The notes beneath the pieces are model-generated. The model had not been told where the DNA came from. It searched no databases and saw only the letters and a list, made by a program, of their open reading frames with translations. Of a DNA stretch of 64,000 bases, positions 1 through 9,644 are shown piece after piece. Source of the DNA: an uncultured Enterobacterales bacterium (lineage in GTDB: Bacteria > Myxococcota_A > UBA796 > JAFGLY01); the NCBI GenBank assembly GCA_964512185.1, contig CAZEJJ010000016.1, positions 64-64,063 on the forward strand. The letters are read 5' to 3'. Position 1 is the stretch's first letter; the number at the start of each line of letters is the position of its first letter. The translations under genes were made by a program, and so were the position numbers.

Positions 1-1201
1 CCCCCCCCCCGCCTACCGCCCCCAGGGCCTGCACCAGGTGGCCTTTCCCCTCCAGAAGGGCGCGGACGAGCTGCGCCTGTTCGCCCTGGGGGGCTCCACC
101 ACCCAGGGCATGCCCTTCGACCTGCAGGAGCAGGGCTTCCCGGAGCGCGTCCGCAAGCTGCTGGAGGCGCGCCACCCCGACACCACCTGGAGGATGATCA
201 ACCTGGGCGTGGGCGGGCTGGACTCCCACGAGTTCCCGGACCAGACACGGGAGCTGGCGAAGCTGGACGGCGATGGCCTGCTCATCTACGCGGGCAACAA
301 CGAGCTGGTGGGCGCGCTGGTCCACCAGTGCAGCGAGCCCTTCCGGCAGGGGCTGGAGCGCTGGCTGAACCGGGTGCGCCTGCTGCGCCTGGGGCGCTCC
401 TGGTGGCGCGCCACCCACCCCGACGCGCAGGTGCTGGACGCTCAGACCCTGCAGCGACACCAGACCCAGTGCGCCAGGGAAGAGGTGGCCCGCATCCTGG
501 CCGAAGACCAGCAGCGCGCCCTGCGCGCGGGGCGTCCCCTGTCCGAGCTGGATCCCGAAGGCGAGGCGCCGTGGACACCGCGCTGGCCCCAGCGCACCGA
601 CGCCTTCTACCTGCGGGTGCTCTCCGACTTCCAGCGCAACATGGAGCGGGTCCTGGAGCTGGCGGAAGCCGAGGGGATGCAGGTCTGGCTGGCCCTGCCC
701 CCCCTGAACTACCTGGCGGCCCCCCACTACCCGGCGGCCTCCATGGACCTGCCCGCGGAGGAGCGCGAGCAGCTGCGCCGCCTGCTGGAGCGCGCCGCCA
801 GGTTGCAGGAACACGGCGAGGGAGCACAGGCCGCCCCCCTGCTGGAGCAGGCCCTGGAGCTGGACCCCAGCCACGCGGAGACCTGCTACCGCCTGGGCCT
901 GCTGGAGCTGGAAGCCGGCGACCAGCAACGCGCCCGCAGCCTGCTGCAGCGGGCGGCGGATCGCGACTACGAGGGCAACCGGATCAGCTCCGATCTGACC
1001 GCGGTGCTGCGGCACGTCTGCCAGGAGCACCCCGCGATCCACTGCGTGGACCTGCGCGCCGAATTCGAGCAGCGCTCCCCCGCGGGCGTGCCGCGCGACG
1101 ACCTGTTCGTGGACTTCTGCCATCCCACCTTCGAGGCAGGTGTGGAGACCATCGCCGAGGCCTTCGCCGCGCCCATCAGCGACTGGAAGCAGACGCGCTG
1201 A
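1..1201 (+). CDS. SGNH/GDSL hydrolase-family protein with internal TPR-like repeats (5' end lies outside the window)
   Basis: SGNH blocks FALGGSTTQG, NLGVGGLDS, YAGNNE and DFCHP; TPR-like helices (LLEQALELDPSHAETCYRLGLL) lie between blocks III and V; the frame is open back to the window edge (PPPAYRPQGLHQ). Confidence 0.8.
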   Translation, partial: PPPAYRPQGLHQVAFPLQKGADELRLFALGGSTTQGMPFDLQEQGFPERVRKLLEARHPDTTWRMINLGVGGLDSHEFPDQTRELAKLDGDGLLIYAGNNELVGALVHQCSEPFRQGLERWLNRVRLLRLGRSWWRATHPDAQVLDAQTLQRHQTQCAREEVARILAEDQQRALRAGRPLSELDPEGEAPWTPRWPQRTDAFYLRVLSDFQRNMERVLELAEAEGMQVWLALPPLNYLAAPHYPAASMDLPAEEREQLRRLLERAARLQEHGEGAQAAPLLEQALELDPSHAETCYRLGLLELEAGDQQRARSLLQRAADRDYEGNRISSDLTAVLRHVCQEHPAIHCVDLRAEFEQRSPAGVPRDDLFVDFCHPTFEAGVETIAEAFAAPISDWKQTR

Positions 1202-2906
1202 CCGCGCACCCCGCGTCGTGGGCCACGGTCCAGCCCGCTTCCTGGGCCAGCACGCGGTCGAAGCCCAGGGCACCAAGAGCCTCGGCCGCGCTCTGGGCGT
1301 CGAAGCCCGAGCCCTGGGAGCTGTCCAGCAGCACCAGCTGGCAGCGCGAGCCTCCGGGCCCCGCAGGCCTGGCGGCCGGAACGCCAGCGCCGCTGCGCCA
1401 CGCGGCCAGCCGGCGCTCCAGATCCTGCTGGGGCCCCGGGGGCGCGGGCCGGATGCCCGCCCGGATCTCGAAGTACCCGGACAGGGCCTGGGGCAGGTCG
1501 TCCCGGCGAGCGGGGCCCTCCAGGATCACCAGGGTGGGACTCGGCCGCAACCCGTGCAGGCGACCGAACAGCTCGTCGGAGAAGTAGATGGGCGTGGCGC
1601 TGGCCAGGCAGGACTCGTCCCACCATCGGCGCCCCTCGCGCAGCGACAGGGCACAGGCGCCCACCACCACGGCCGCCAGCACCAAGCGGCCGCCGCGAGA
1701 GGCCGCCCGCCGCCACAAGGTGGCGAACCCCACTCCAGCGAGCGTGGCCGCCAGGAACACCAGCAGCGTGGCCGCCAGGCGGCAGGCGCGCACCCGCCAG
1801 AGCACGGGCAGCTCCCACAGGGCCTGCGCCACCACCAGCGCATGCTCCGCGATCTGCTGCTGGGCCAGCACCAGCGCCAGCGCGCCGCCACCCAGCAGGA
1901 TGCGCTCCACCCGATGCGCGCGGGGCCCGAACACCAGGCCCACCGCTCCCAGCAGGCCCACCAGCCAGCACCAGGCCAGGCCCAGGCCGGGGCCCAGGCC
2001 AGCCCGCACCGCCAGCGGCTGGAAGAAGGAGCGCCCCACGTTGCTGTCCGCGGGATCCATGGCCAGCTGCTGCACCTGCAGCAGGCGCCACTCGGTGAAC
2101 AGCCAGGGCGACAGGATCAGGGCCGCTCCCAGGCCACCCAGGCAGAGTTTGGCCAGCAGGGAAGCCCGCCCGGGCTCCGCAGCGGTGGACGGCCCCAGCG
2201 CCAGCGCCGCCACCAGCCAGCCCAGCAGCACCAGGGCCAAGCCCAGGGTGTAGTACTGGTTGGCCAACACCAGCAGCGCCAGCCCCAGGGCCAGGGCCAC
2301 CACCCAGCCCAGGCGCGGGCTGCTGCGCAGCTGGACGAGCACCAGCAGCAGCAGGGGAACGAAGAAGAACATGCCGTAGTCCAGGCTGCGGCAGTGCAGC
2401 ACCGAGACCCAGAGGGGCGAGAAGGCGAACAGGAAGCCCGCCAGCAGCGCCCCGCCGCGGCTGCCCGACAGGCGCAGCGCCAGCGCCGCCACCGCCAGGC
2501 CGTTGGCCACCCACACCAGCAGCACCAGCAGGTTGTAGGCCCAGATGGACGGCAGCACCAGCTGGCCCAACCAGATCAGGGCCTTGGGGATGGGGTTGAA
2601 GTCCGCCCGCACCGGGTCCAGCGCGGCGCCCCGCAGCGCGTCCACCATGGTGCCCCAGGTGGCGCTCATGGTGGCCGAGAACTCCAGCGCCGAGCGCAGC
2701 TCGTCCAGCTTGTCCACCCCGGAGCAGACCAGCCAGCGGGTGTCCAGGGGATGGGTTCCGAACCAGGGCAGGAAGTCCCACTCGCTCAGCAAGGCGACAC
2801 ACAGGTACAGCCCGGCGGCCAGCAGGAGCGTGCTGGCCCACCAGGCCGCTCCGCCGGCGTGCTCCCGGGTGGTCAAGGGGGGATCCTCGCTGCAAATGTA
2901 TCCCAA
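1176..2906 (-). CDS. Polytopic membrane protein, GT-C/YfhO-like glycosyltransferase candidate
   Basis: About 10-12 hydrophobic segments, an acidic first loop (HPLDTRW), a GALLAGFLFAFSP motif and a soluble C-terminal domain; start uncertain. Confidence 0.55.
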   Translation of the reverse strand: MGYICSEDPPLTTREHAGGAAWWASTLLLAAGLYLCVALLSEWDFLPWFGTHPLDTRWLVCSGVDKLDELRSALEFSATMSATWGTMVDALRGAALDPVRADFNPIPKALIWLGQLVLPSIWAYNLLVLLVWVANGLAVAALALRLSGSRGGALLAGFLFAFSPLWVSVLHCRSLDYGMFFFVPLLLLVLVQLRSSPRLGWVVALALGLALLVLANQYYTLGLALVLLGWLVAALALGPSTAAEPGRASLLAKLCLGGLGAALILSPWLFTEWRLLQVQQLAMDPADSNVGRSFFQPLAVRAGLGPGLGLAWCWLVGLLGAVGLVFGPRAHRVERILLGGGALALVLAQQQIAEHALVVAQALWELPVLWRVRACRLAATLLVFLAATLAGVGFATLWRRAASRGGRLVLAAVVVGACALSLREGRRWWDESCLASATPIYFSDELFGRLHGLRPSPTLVILEGPARRDDLPQALSGYFEIRAGIRPAPPGPQQDLERRLAAWRSGAGVPAARPAGPGGSRCQLVLLDSSQGSGFDAQSAAEALGALGFDRVLAQEAGWTVAHDAGCAVSASASSR

Positions 2907-3013
2907 ACAGGGCCGCGACCGACACGCGCGCCGCCGGTCATGATCGAGCGGCTGTCAGGCCACGACGGGTCGCGATAGCCTGATGCCAAGCCACCCCGCT
3001 CCGAGGCGACACC

Positions 3014-4153
3014 CTGCCCCATCGCTCCCCAGCATCGCGCCCGTCGCTGCGCCGAAAGCTGCTCTTCACCCTGCTGATCAGCGGCGCGCTGCTGCTGGTG
3101 GTGGAGGGCCTGGCGCTGCTGCTGGAGCCTCGCTTCTTCCCGCTGGAGCGCAGCGTGCCGCCGCCAGCACCGGTGGTGAGCGCCGAATTCCCAACCATCC
3201 GCGCGGCCACCGAGCAGCTCCGCGCCGAGCACGCAGACTGGGGCACCAGCGTCCCCCTGGCGGAGGATCCGCAGGTGGGCTGGGCGCTCGCTCCTGGAGC
3301 CACCTTCAACAGCGGCGGGGTGGTGATCCGCAGCGACGAACGGGGCCTGCGCGTCAGCGATCTGCCCAGCTTCCAGCGCGGGGAGCTCCGCCTGCTCAGC
3401 CTGGGCGACTCGTCGGTCTTCGGCGTGGGGGTGCCCGCCGAGGGCGTGTTCCTGTCCATCGCAGCGGATCTGCTCTCCCGCTCCTGGAGCCGGCCGGTGG
3501 CGGCGGTCAACGGCGGTGTGCCGGGGCACAGCTCGGAACAGTCGCTCGCCCTGGCCCGACAGCTCGTGCCCGAGGTGCAGCCCCACTGGCTGGTGGTGGC
3601 CTGCCTGTGGAGCGATGTCTACGGCAAGCAGCACGAGTTCCTGGCGCAGGCCGGCACCTACTTCCCCGCCCTGCGCGGCAGCCTGCGCATGCTGGCCTCC
3701 TACCGCATCGCCCGGCGCCTGCTCGTGTCATGGCTGGAGAGCCGCAAGGTGGGCTGGATGGTGAGCCGCGACGACCTGGGCAGCCTGGACGGCGGGCTGC
3801 CCACGCGGGTCGCGCTGTCCAGCTACGTGCAGAACCTCAGGGCCATAGGGGAGCTGGCCCGCCAGCAGGGCTCCCGCGTGATCTTCGTGCAGCTGCCGGC
3901 TCCCATGGACCTGGACCGCGTGCCCCCGCCGCCCACTGTGCAGCGCTTCAGGGCTGCCATGGCCTCGGTGGCCGACGAGCTGGACGCCCCCTTGCTGGAC
4001 GGCCCCGAGCTCTTCGACCGCTCGGGCGCCACCATCGGCTTCTTCCAGGACAACGTGCATCCCACCAACGAGGGGCACCTACTGCTGGGGGTGGGCCTGG
4101 CCCACACCCTGCTCGAACAGGCGCCCCCGGCCGCTACTCCGCCGGCGCCGTGA
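3014..4153 (+). CDS. Membrane-anchored SGNH/GDSL hydrolase-family protein
   Basis: LGDSSVFG, NGGVPGHSS and DNVHP motifs; the N-terminal anchor RKLLFTLLISGALLLVVEG extends upstream of the GTG at 3098; the only earlier start after the stop at 2981 is CTG (3014 and later). Confidence 0.8.
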   Translation: MPHRSPASRPSLRRKLLFTLLISGALLLVVEGLALLLEPRFFPLERSVPPPAPVVSAEFPTIRAATEQLRAEHADWGTSVPLAEDPQVGWALAPGATFNSGGVVIRSDERGLRVSDLPSFQRGELRLLSLGDSSVFGVGVPAEGVFLSIAADLLSRSWSRPVAAVNGGVPGHSSEQSLALARQLVPEVQPHWLVVACLWSDVYGKQHEFLAQAGTYFPALRGSLRMLASYRIARRLLVSWLESRKVGWMVSRDDLGSLDGGLPTRVALSSYVQNLRAIGELARQQGSRVIFVQLPAPMDLDRVPPPPTVQRFRAAMASVADELDAPLLDGPELFDRSGATIGFFQDNVHPTNEGHLLLGVGLAHTLLEQAPPAATPPAP

Positions 4154-5978
4154 GCTCGTAGACCCAGAATCCCGGCCCGCTGCTCCGAGGCTCGCCGAGC
4201 TGCTCGTCGAGGAAGGCCTTGATCCCGGAGATAGCCCGCTGCTGGGACGGCACGAACCAGGACTCGTCCAGCACCAGCAGGCGGAAGTCATCCTGCACCA
4301 GCTGCTCAAGGCCGGCGGGGATCTGCGCGAGGGAGGCCTCGTCCACAGAGCGCTTGCCCTGGTAGGGCCGCACCAGCTCTGGATCCGCGCGCCACTCCAG
4401 GTAGTACAGGTGGGCGGTGAAGGCGTTGTCGCGCAGGTAGCGCGTGACCCCCTGGTCCACCACGTAGGGCAAGCGCTTGTGGTGCAGGGCCTGGTGGTAG
4501 TAGTACTCCCGCCGCTGGTCGGTCCCTGAGAAACACAGGGGAACCACTATGATCCCATAGTCGTCGGGATCCTCCCCCAGCTGCCGGTAGAAGGAGGGCA
4601 CCGCCGCGTCGGAGCTGGAGATGGGGATGCGCACCGGAGCCAGCGCCAGGGTCTCCGCCAGCACCGCTCCGCCCGCCAGCAGGCAGACCAGCGGCAGCAG
4701 CCCGCGCCAGGGAGCCCAGGCCCGCACGCGATCCAGGAAGAAGCCCGCCAGCACCGCCATGGGCAGCATGGTCACCGCGGTGAGCCGGTAGGGGTGGGAC
4801 ACCAGGCTCAGGTAGGGCGTGCGGGTGAAGACGTAGAAGAAAGGCAGCGCCACGTAGCCTTCACCCTGGGCGACGAAGCGTCCGCCCACCTTGAGCACAG
4901 GCCCCCAGGACAGCACGAAGAAGACCAGGAAGATCACCAACCACAGGAGCCGCTGGCGATGGCGACCCAGCAGCAGCCCCAGCAGAAGCAGGGCCAGGGC
5001 GGCGTACCCCAGGTAGCTCACGTTGGTGTGGTAGGCGTCGGCGCGCAGCCCCGTGGCGCGGGTCAGGAAGAAGGACTGCAGGTCAGCCACGAAGGCGTGC
5101 ACCTTGATCACATCCTCGATGCGGCCCGGCTCCGGCGCCCTGCGGATCAGGGCGTCCGGGGCGCTGTAGCCACCCAGCAGGACCCGCAGGTAGGGCAGCG
5201 CGGGCAAGGCGAAGCAGACACCGGCCGCCGCCAGCGTCGCCAGGTTGCGCCAGCCCAACAGGGCGCGCCGCTCGGCCAGCAGCATCCAGGCCAGGCAGAG
5301 CAGGCTCAGCAGGCCGCAGAACACGCCGTAGTACGCATTGGCGAAGAGGTTGACGAACATCAGCAGCCCCGCGGCCACACCCCAGGCCAGGGAGCGCTCC
5401 CGCAGCGCCCGCAGCAGGGCCAGCAGGTAGAAGGCCATCAGGCCCACCAGGAAGGTCTCGGTCAGCCCGCTCTCGATGGCCCCCACCAGGTGCGGGGAGA
5501 AGCCGAAGATCAGACCGGACACCAGCGCAGGGAGGCTCACCACACTCACCGGGGCTGGCTCCCCCGCCGCCGCGGCAGCGTGACGCAGCAGCGTGCGCAC
5601 CAGCAGGTAGGCGCCCAGCGCCGCCAGCAGCAGGTCCAGCAGCACGGTGAGGTTGTAGCTTGTGGAGAGCGGCAGGATGAGCTGCAGCGGCACGGAGAGC
5701 AGGCCGTTGAGCGGATCGATCAGCAGGAGCGTGCCGCCCTCCGGGTAGTTCACCATGTCGGTGTGCACCGGGAAGCGGCCTTCTCCCAGCAGCGAGGCCT
5801 TCATCCACCACAGTCCCCACAGGTGGAACCAGAGGTCGCCGCGATGGCTGCCGATGACGCGCTGCCCCAGCTGGAGCAGCAGGGGCCAGGTGACCACCAG
5901 CGCCACCGCGCTGTAGATGGCGCCCACCAGGCCCAGCTCGCCCAGAGGCCGCCCCAGCCGCGCCCAGGCTCGGCTCAC
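4134..5978 (-). CDS. Polytopic membrane protein, GT-C/YfhO-like glycosyltransferase candidate
   Basis: GDLWFHLWGLWW and YPEGG first-loop motifs, ALVSGLIFGFSP, many TM segments and a C-terminal soluble domain (YYHQALHHKRL). Confidence 0.65.
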   Translation of the reverse strand: MSRAWARLGRPLGELGLVGAIYSAVALVVTWPLLLQLGQRVIGSHRGDLWFHLWGLWWMKASLLGEGRFPVHTDMVNYPEGGTLLLIDPLNGLLSVPLQLILPLSTSYNLTVLLDLLLAALGAYLLVRTLLRHAAAAAGEPAPVSVVSLPALVSGLIFGFSPHLVGAIESGLTETFLVGLMAFYLLALLRALRERSLAWGVAAGLLMFVNLFANAYYGVFCGLLSLLCLAWMLLAERRALLGWRNLATLAAAGVCFALPALPYLRVLLGGYSAPDALIRRAPEPGRIEDVIKVHAFVADLQSFFLTRATGLRADAYHTNVSYLGYAALALLLLGLLLGRHRQRLLWLVIFLVFFVLSWGPVLKVGGRFVAQGEGYVALPFFYVFTRTPYLSLVSHPYRLTAVTMLPMAVLAGFFLDRVRAWAPWRGLLPLVCLLAGGAVLAETLALAPVRIPISSSDAAVPSFYRQLGEDPDDYGIIVVPLCFSGTDQRREYYYHQALHHKRLPYVVDQGVTRYLRDNAFTAHLYYLEWRADPELVRPYQGKRSVDEASLAQIPAGLEQLVQDDFRLLVLDESWFVPSQQRAISGIKAFLDEQLGEPRSSGPGFWVYELTAPAE

Positions 5979-7573
5979 GGCACGGCCTCGTTGGACGAGG
6001 GGAGCAGCTCGTGCTGCAGGATGGCCCGCGCCAGGTTCTCCGCCATCAGCCGGTAGCCCGCGTCGGTGCAGTGGCCATCGGGCAGCAGCAGCGGCTCACC
6101 CGAACCCTGGGCCTCGAACAGCGCGGCGTGCTCCACGTAGGGCAGCTCCAGCTGCTGGGCCAGCCGCAACAGCGGCAGGCTGGGATCGTTCGGGGCGGGG
6201 TAGCCGTGCACCAGGACCCGCGCCCCGTGCTGCTGGCTCAAGGCCACGAGCGCCTCCAGATCGCTGGCCACCCAGGCGTCCGTGGCGGCGCCCAGCTGCT
6301 CCTGCCGCAACGCCCGGGCGGTGCCCCGGGCCAGGGAGTTGCCAGCTGCCTGGCCCTCCAGCAGGCCCAGCGCCTCCTGGAAGACCGCCGGGGCGCTGGA
6401 GAGCTGGCGGAACTCCGCGTAGCAGCGCGCGTCGTCCGGATCGGCCTCGATGCAGTCGGTCAGGGCAGCGACCACCCGGCGCGGCGAGTGCTCGCGGCTG
6501 CCCACCATGGCCAGGCCCCAGTGGTTGCCGGAGAAGGAGCGATCCGCCTGCACACCCCTGGTGAACCAGCGCTCCGCCGCACCCAGGTCCGGCTGCAGCG
6601 ACAGCTCCCCCAGCGCCGCGTAGGCGTTGGGATCCCCAGGCTCCAGCTCCACGGCGCGCTGCAGGTGGGCCTCGGCCTGCACACGATCTCGCAGGCCCCA
6701 GGCGGCCATGCCCATGCCCCAGTGGTGGCAGGACAGCTCCGGGCGGGCCCGGGCGCCGGCCCGGTAGCGGGCCAGGGCCTGGTCGAAGGCTCCCAGCCGC
6801 AGCAGGGCCGAGCCCTCCACGAACTCGGCGGGTGGTGGGCCCACGCCGCGATCACCGGCGGTGCGATCCCACCAGCGCTGGTAGGCGACCACCGCCGCGG
6901 TGGTGCCGTGCAGGATGCCAGGGTCGATGCCGCCCCGGCGGCGGCGAAGCTCGGCGCGCACCGTGGCCGCCAGGCGCAGCACCCGTACGCGGAAGAGGGC
7001 CTCCCGCAGGCGCACCCGCCAGCTGTCCCCCTCCAGGAAGCGGTGGTAGCCATAGAAATTGCTGAGGTTGGCGGTGCCAGCCAGCAGGATCACGAGATCG
7101 GGCTGCACCACGCCCAGGTACTGGGGCAGGGCCTGCAGCATCATGGTGGTGTTGGCCCCCGCCATGCCGGCGTTCACCACCGCCACGTCCAGACCCAGCT
7201 GTTCGCTGAGCTGCTGCTCCAGCTGGGCGGGATAGTCGCCCCCGGCGGTGGCCCCGATGCCATAGGTCATGGAGTCGCCCACACAGAGCACCACCGCATC
7301 CGCGCCGCCGGTCAGGGCGCCGCGCAGGGAGGCGCTGTCCACCCGCAGCGGCTGGTGCGCGCCGCCCACCACCCAGAGGGTGGCCTCCAGCAGCAGCAGC
7401 AGCAGCAGCAGGCCCAGCGCCAGCGCCGACAGCTTCTCGAGGATGGCGCGCGACCGCTTCACGAGGCGCTCTCGGGAAAAGACCGTGCCCTGGATAACGC
7501 GGCGGGTGGCAGGGTCCGGGTTCCAGCGAGCGGCGGCCGGCACGCCACAGGCGCCCCGTGCTATTGACAGCAT
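5975..7573 (-). CDS. Membrane-anchored SGNH/GDSL protein with TPR-like repeats
   Basis: CVGDSMTYG, NAGMAGANT, AGTAN and PDGHC motifs; TPR-like segment (HLQRAVELEPGDPNAYAALG); poly-Leu TM anchor; true start may be ~100 nt downstream. Confidence 0.8.
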   Translation of the reverse strand: MLSIARGACGVPAAARWNPDPATRRVIQGTVFSRERLVKRSRAILEKLSALALGLLLLLLLLEATLWVVGGAHQPLRVDSASLRGALTGGADAVVLCVGDSMTYGIGATAGGDYPAQLEQQLSEQLGLDVAVVNAGMAGANTTMMLQALPQYLGVVQPDLVILLAGTANLSNFYGYHRFLEGDSWRVRLREALFRVRVLRLAATVRAELRRRRGGIDPGILHGTTAAVVAYQRWWDRTAGDRGVGPPPAEFVEGSALLRLGAFDQALARYRAGARARPELSCHHWGMGMAAWGLRDRVQAEAHLQRAVELEPGDPNAYAALGELSLQPDLGAAERWFTRGVQADRSFSGNHWGLAMVGSREHSPRRVVAALTDCIEADPDDARCYAEFRQLSSAPAVFQEALGLLEGQAAGNSLARGTARALRQEQLGAATDAWVASDLEALVALSQQHGARVLVHGYPAPNDPSLPLLRLAQQLELPYVEHAALFEAQGSGEPLLLPDGHCTDAGYRLMAENLARAILQHELLPSSNEAVP

Positions 7574-7632
7574 GATCCGTGCCCCCTCAGCCGGGGCGTC
7601 CAGCCGGTCCGCGGCGGTCCCAGGAGATTCCC

Positions 7633-8292
7633 ATGCGTTTCGCCCTGTCCCTTTCCCTGTTGCTGGGCGCCTGCACCTCGCCCAGCGCCACCTTCCCGCC
7701 TCCCCCCACCGGCATGGACGGCGAGGCTCCAGCCCCTCCCACAGAGGGGCCAGGCCCTGACCTGGAGATCGGGGACCACGAGTGCATCCCCACCGGCGTG
7801 GCCCAGGAGAACAACCCCTTCGACGAGGGCGAGGGGGTCGAGCTGTCGGGCACCATCCAGTACAGCGGCTCGGCCGAGGGCCAGTACCTGGTCGACCTGA
7901 TGAACGTGGAGATCGCGGACCAGCCCCGGGTGGCCTACAACGTCATCTGCCACCACGGTGGAGAGTTCCAGGTGGAGGTGCCCACGCTGCTGGGCAAGCT
8001 GATCGCGGTGGTCTTCCTGGACACCGACGGCATGGGGCCGGCCAACTCCAAGGCCGCCGGCATCTCCGATCCCTTCCAGGTGGGCACCGACGCCGTCGGC
8101 GACATCCTCATCGAGATCGAGGACGGCGCCGATATGTCCAGGTACATCGGCGCCACCCTGCCGGCAGCCGAGGCGCCGGTAGAAGGTGCCGCGCCCGAGG
8201 CCGAGCCTCCGCACGAAGGCGACGCCCCGCCCGCCGAACCTCCGCCCGAGGGCGAAGCGCCCCCCACCCCAGAGGAGGGCGCGACCCCGTGA
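7633..8292 (+). CDS. Putative lipoprotein with Pro/Glu-rich termini and an uncharacterised central domain
   Basis: AGGAG upstream of ATG 7633; lipobox LLLGAC; acidic central domain containing VFLDTDGMGP. Confidence 0.65.
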   Translation: MRFALSLSLLLGACTSPSATFPPPPTGMDGEAPAPPTEGPGPDLEIGDHECIPTGVAQENNPFDEGEGVELSGTIQYSGSAEGQYLVDLMNVEIADQPRVAYNVICHHGGEFQVEVPTLLGKLIAVVFLDTDGMGPANSKAAGISDPFQVGTDAVGDILIEIEDGADMSRYIGATLPAAEAPVEGAAPEAEPPHEGDAPPAEPPPEGEAPPTPEEGATP

Positions 8293-9644
8293 GCCTCGCG
8301 CTGCCACGGCTCGCGGCCTGCGTCGCGCTCCTGGTGCTGGCCTGCGCACAGGATGACCCGCCACCCGAGCTGGAAGAGCTCTCCGAACGTCCTGGGGGGG
8401 AGATCACCATCATCACCGACCCCAGGGCAGACCAGGAAGGAAAGCACTCCCAGGCCAAGCTGGACGCCGAGGCGGCGGGCAGCCGCGACTCCATCCAGCG
8501 ACCCGCCTATGTCATGGAGCAGATGGGCCTGTCTGCGGGCCAGGTGATCGCCGACGTGGGCTGCGGCGCGGGCTACTTCTCCTTCCACTTCTCCAAGGTG
8601 GTGGGCGACGAAGGCCTGATCTACTGCATCGACTCGGATCCCAACGCGGTGGCCTATGTCAAGCAGCGCCTGGAGCAGACCGGCGTGCGCAACATCCAGC
8701 TGGTCTTCTCGGCCTTCGACGACACCCTGTTGCAGCCGGGCTCCGTCGACATGGCCTTCCTGGCCGACGTGCACTTCTTCCACAACCCGGCCGAGAAGGC
8801 TGTTTCCGAGTACCTGGCGGACTTCGTCGGCTTCTACGGCTCCGTGCACCGCGCCGTCAAGAGCGGCGGCAAGCTGGTGGTCCTGGAGTCCTCCAAGGAA
8901 GCCGCCAACGGCCGCAACGTGGACGAGGACGACATCGCGGGGCAGCTGGCGCCCTTCGGGTTCGAGCTGGTGCTGCGGGAGCGCATCCCCGACCGTCCCC
9001 AGTATTTCCTGATCTTCGAGCGCCTGCCCGCCCCCGAGCCCGAGGTGGACTTCGCGCGCCTGGCCTCGGTGATGGAGGCTCTGTACCCCGGCTCCACATC
9101 CACCATCGACGGGGCCCCGCCGCCGGCCGAGGGCATCGCGCCTCGCTCCTCGGGGGCCGCCGAGCAGGGTTGCAGGCCCACCCCCATGCCCGGGCGCGAG
9201 GGCCCCACGGGCGCCAGCCAGGGCGTGGTGGTCACCGGCAGCTTCTCCGCTCCGGGGGCCCGGGTGCCCGCTGCCGATACCAAGCCCCGCATGATCCTGG
9301 TGGACATCTTCAGCGCCGACACCCCCAGCCCCAACGCCGCATACCACCTGCGCTGCAACACCCTGGGCCCGTTCGAGCTGCTGCTGCCCCGCGAGCTGGG
9401 CGCGGTGCACATCGCGGCCTTCCTGGACGAGCAGGGCGACGGCCCCAGCCTCGACGACGCCGCGGCCATCACCGCCGAGCCGCTGCTGGTTGGCAGCGAG
9501 CCCATCGACGGGGTGCACCTGCTGCTGCAGCCCGAGGCCGGCCTCGATGCCTACCTGCCCGCCAACGCCACCCGCCCCCCGGGTGAGCCTCCCGCGCCGC
9601 CGCCCCCGGTGGTAGGCCCGGCCCCGGTCCCGCCCTCACCGTGA
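8289..9644 (+). CDS. Putative lipoprotein: class I SAM-dependent methyltransferase domain plus a C-terminal domain similar to the upstream lipoprotein
   Basis: GTGA overlap with the upstream stop; lipobox LLVLAC; motif I VIADVGCGAGYFS; VDMAFLADVH; C-terminal AFLDEQGDGP. Confidence 0.75.
   Translation: MSLALPRLAACVALLVLACAQDDPPPELEELSERPGGEITIITDPRADQEGKHSQAKLDAEAAGSRDSIQRPAYVMEQMGLSAGQVIADVGCGAGYFSFHFSKVVGDEGLIYCIDSDPNAVAYVKQRLEQTGVRNIQLVFSAFDDTLLQPGSVDMAFLADVHFFHNPAEKAVSEYLADFVGFYGSVHRAVKSGGKLVVLESSKEAANGRNVDEDDIAGQLAPFGFELVLRERIPDRPQYFLIFERLPAPEPEVDFARLASVMEALYPGSTSTIDGAPPPAEGIAPRSSGAAEQGCRPTPMPGREGPTGASQGVVVTGSFSAPGARVPAADTKPRMILVDIFSADTPSPNAAYHLRCNTLGPFELLLPRELGAVHIAAFLDEQGDGPSLDDAAAITAEPLLVGSEPIDGVHLLLQPEAGLDAYLPANATRPPGEPPAPPPPVVGPAPVPPSP

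Noticed and set aside
967-2978. Long alternative-frame ORFs (e.g. 967-2925 minus, 1140-2978 plus)
   Set aside because: Ala/Gly/Arg/Pro-rich or antisense shadows typical of high-GC coding DNA; no motifs; they overlap a better-supported gene
6011-7567. 518-aa plus-strand ORF
   Set aside because: Exact antisense shadow of the SGNH/TPR gene
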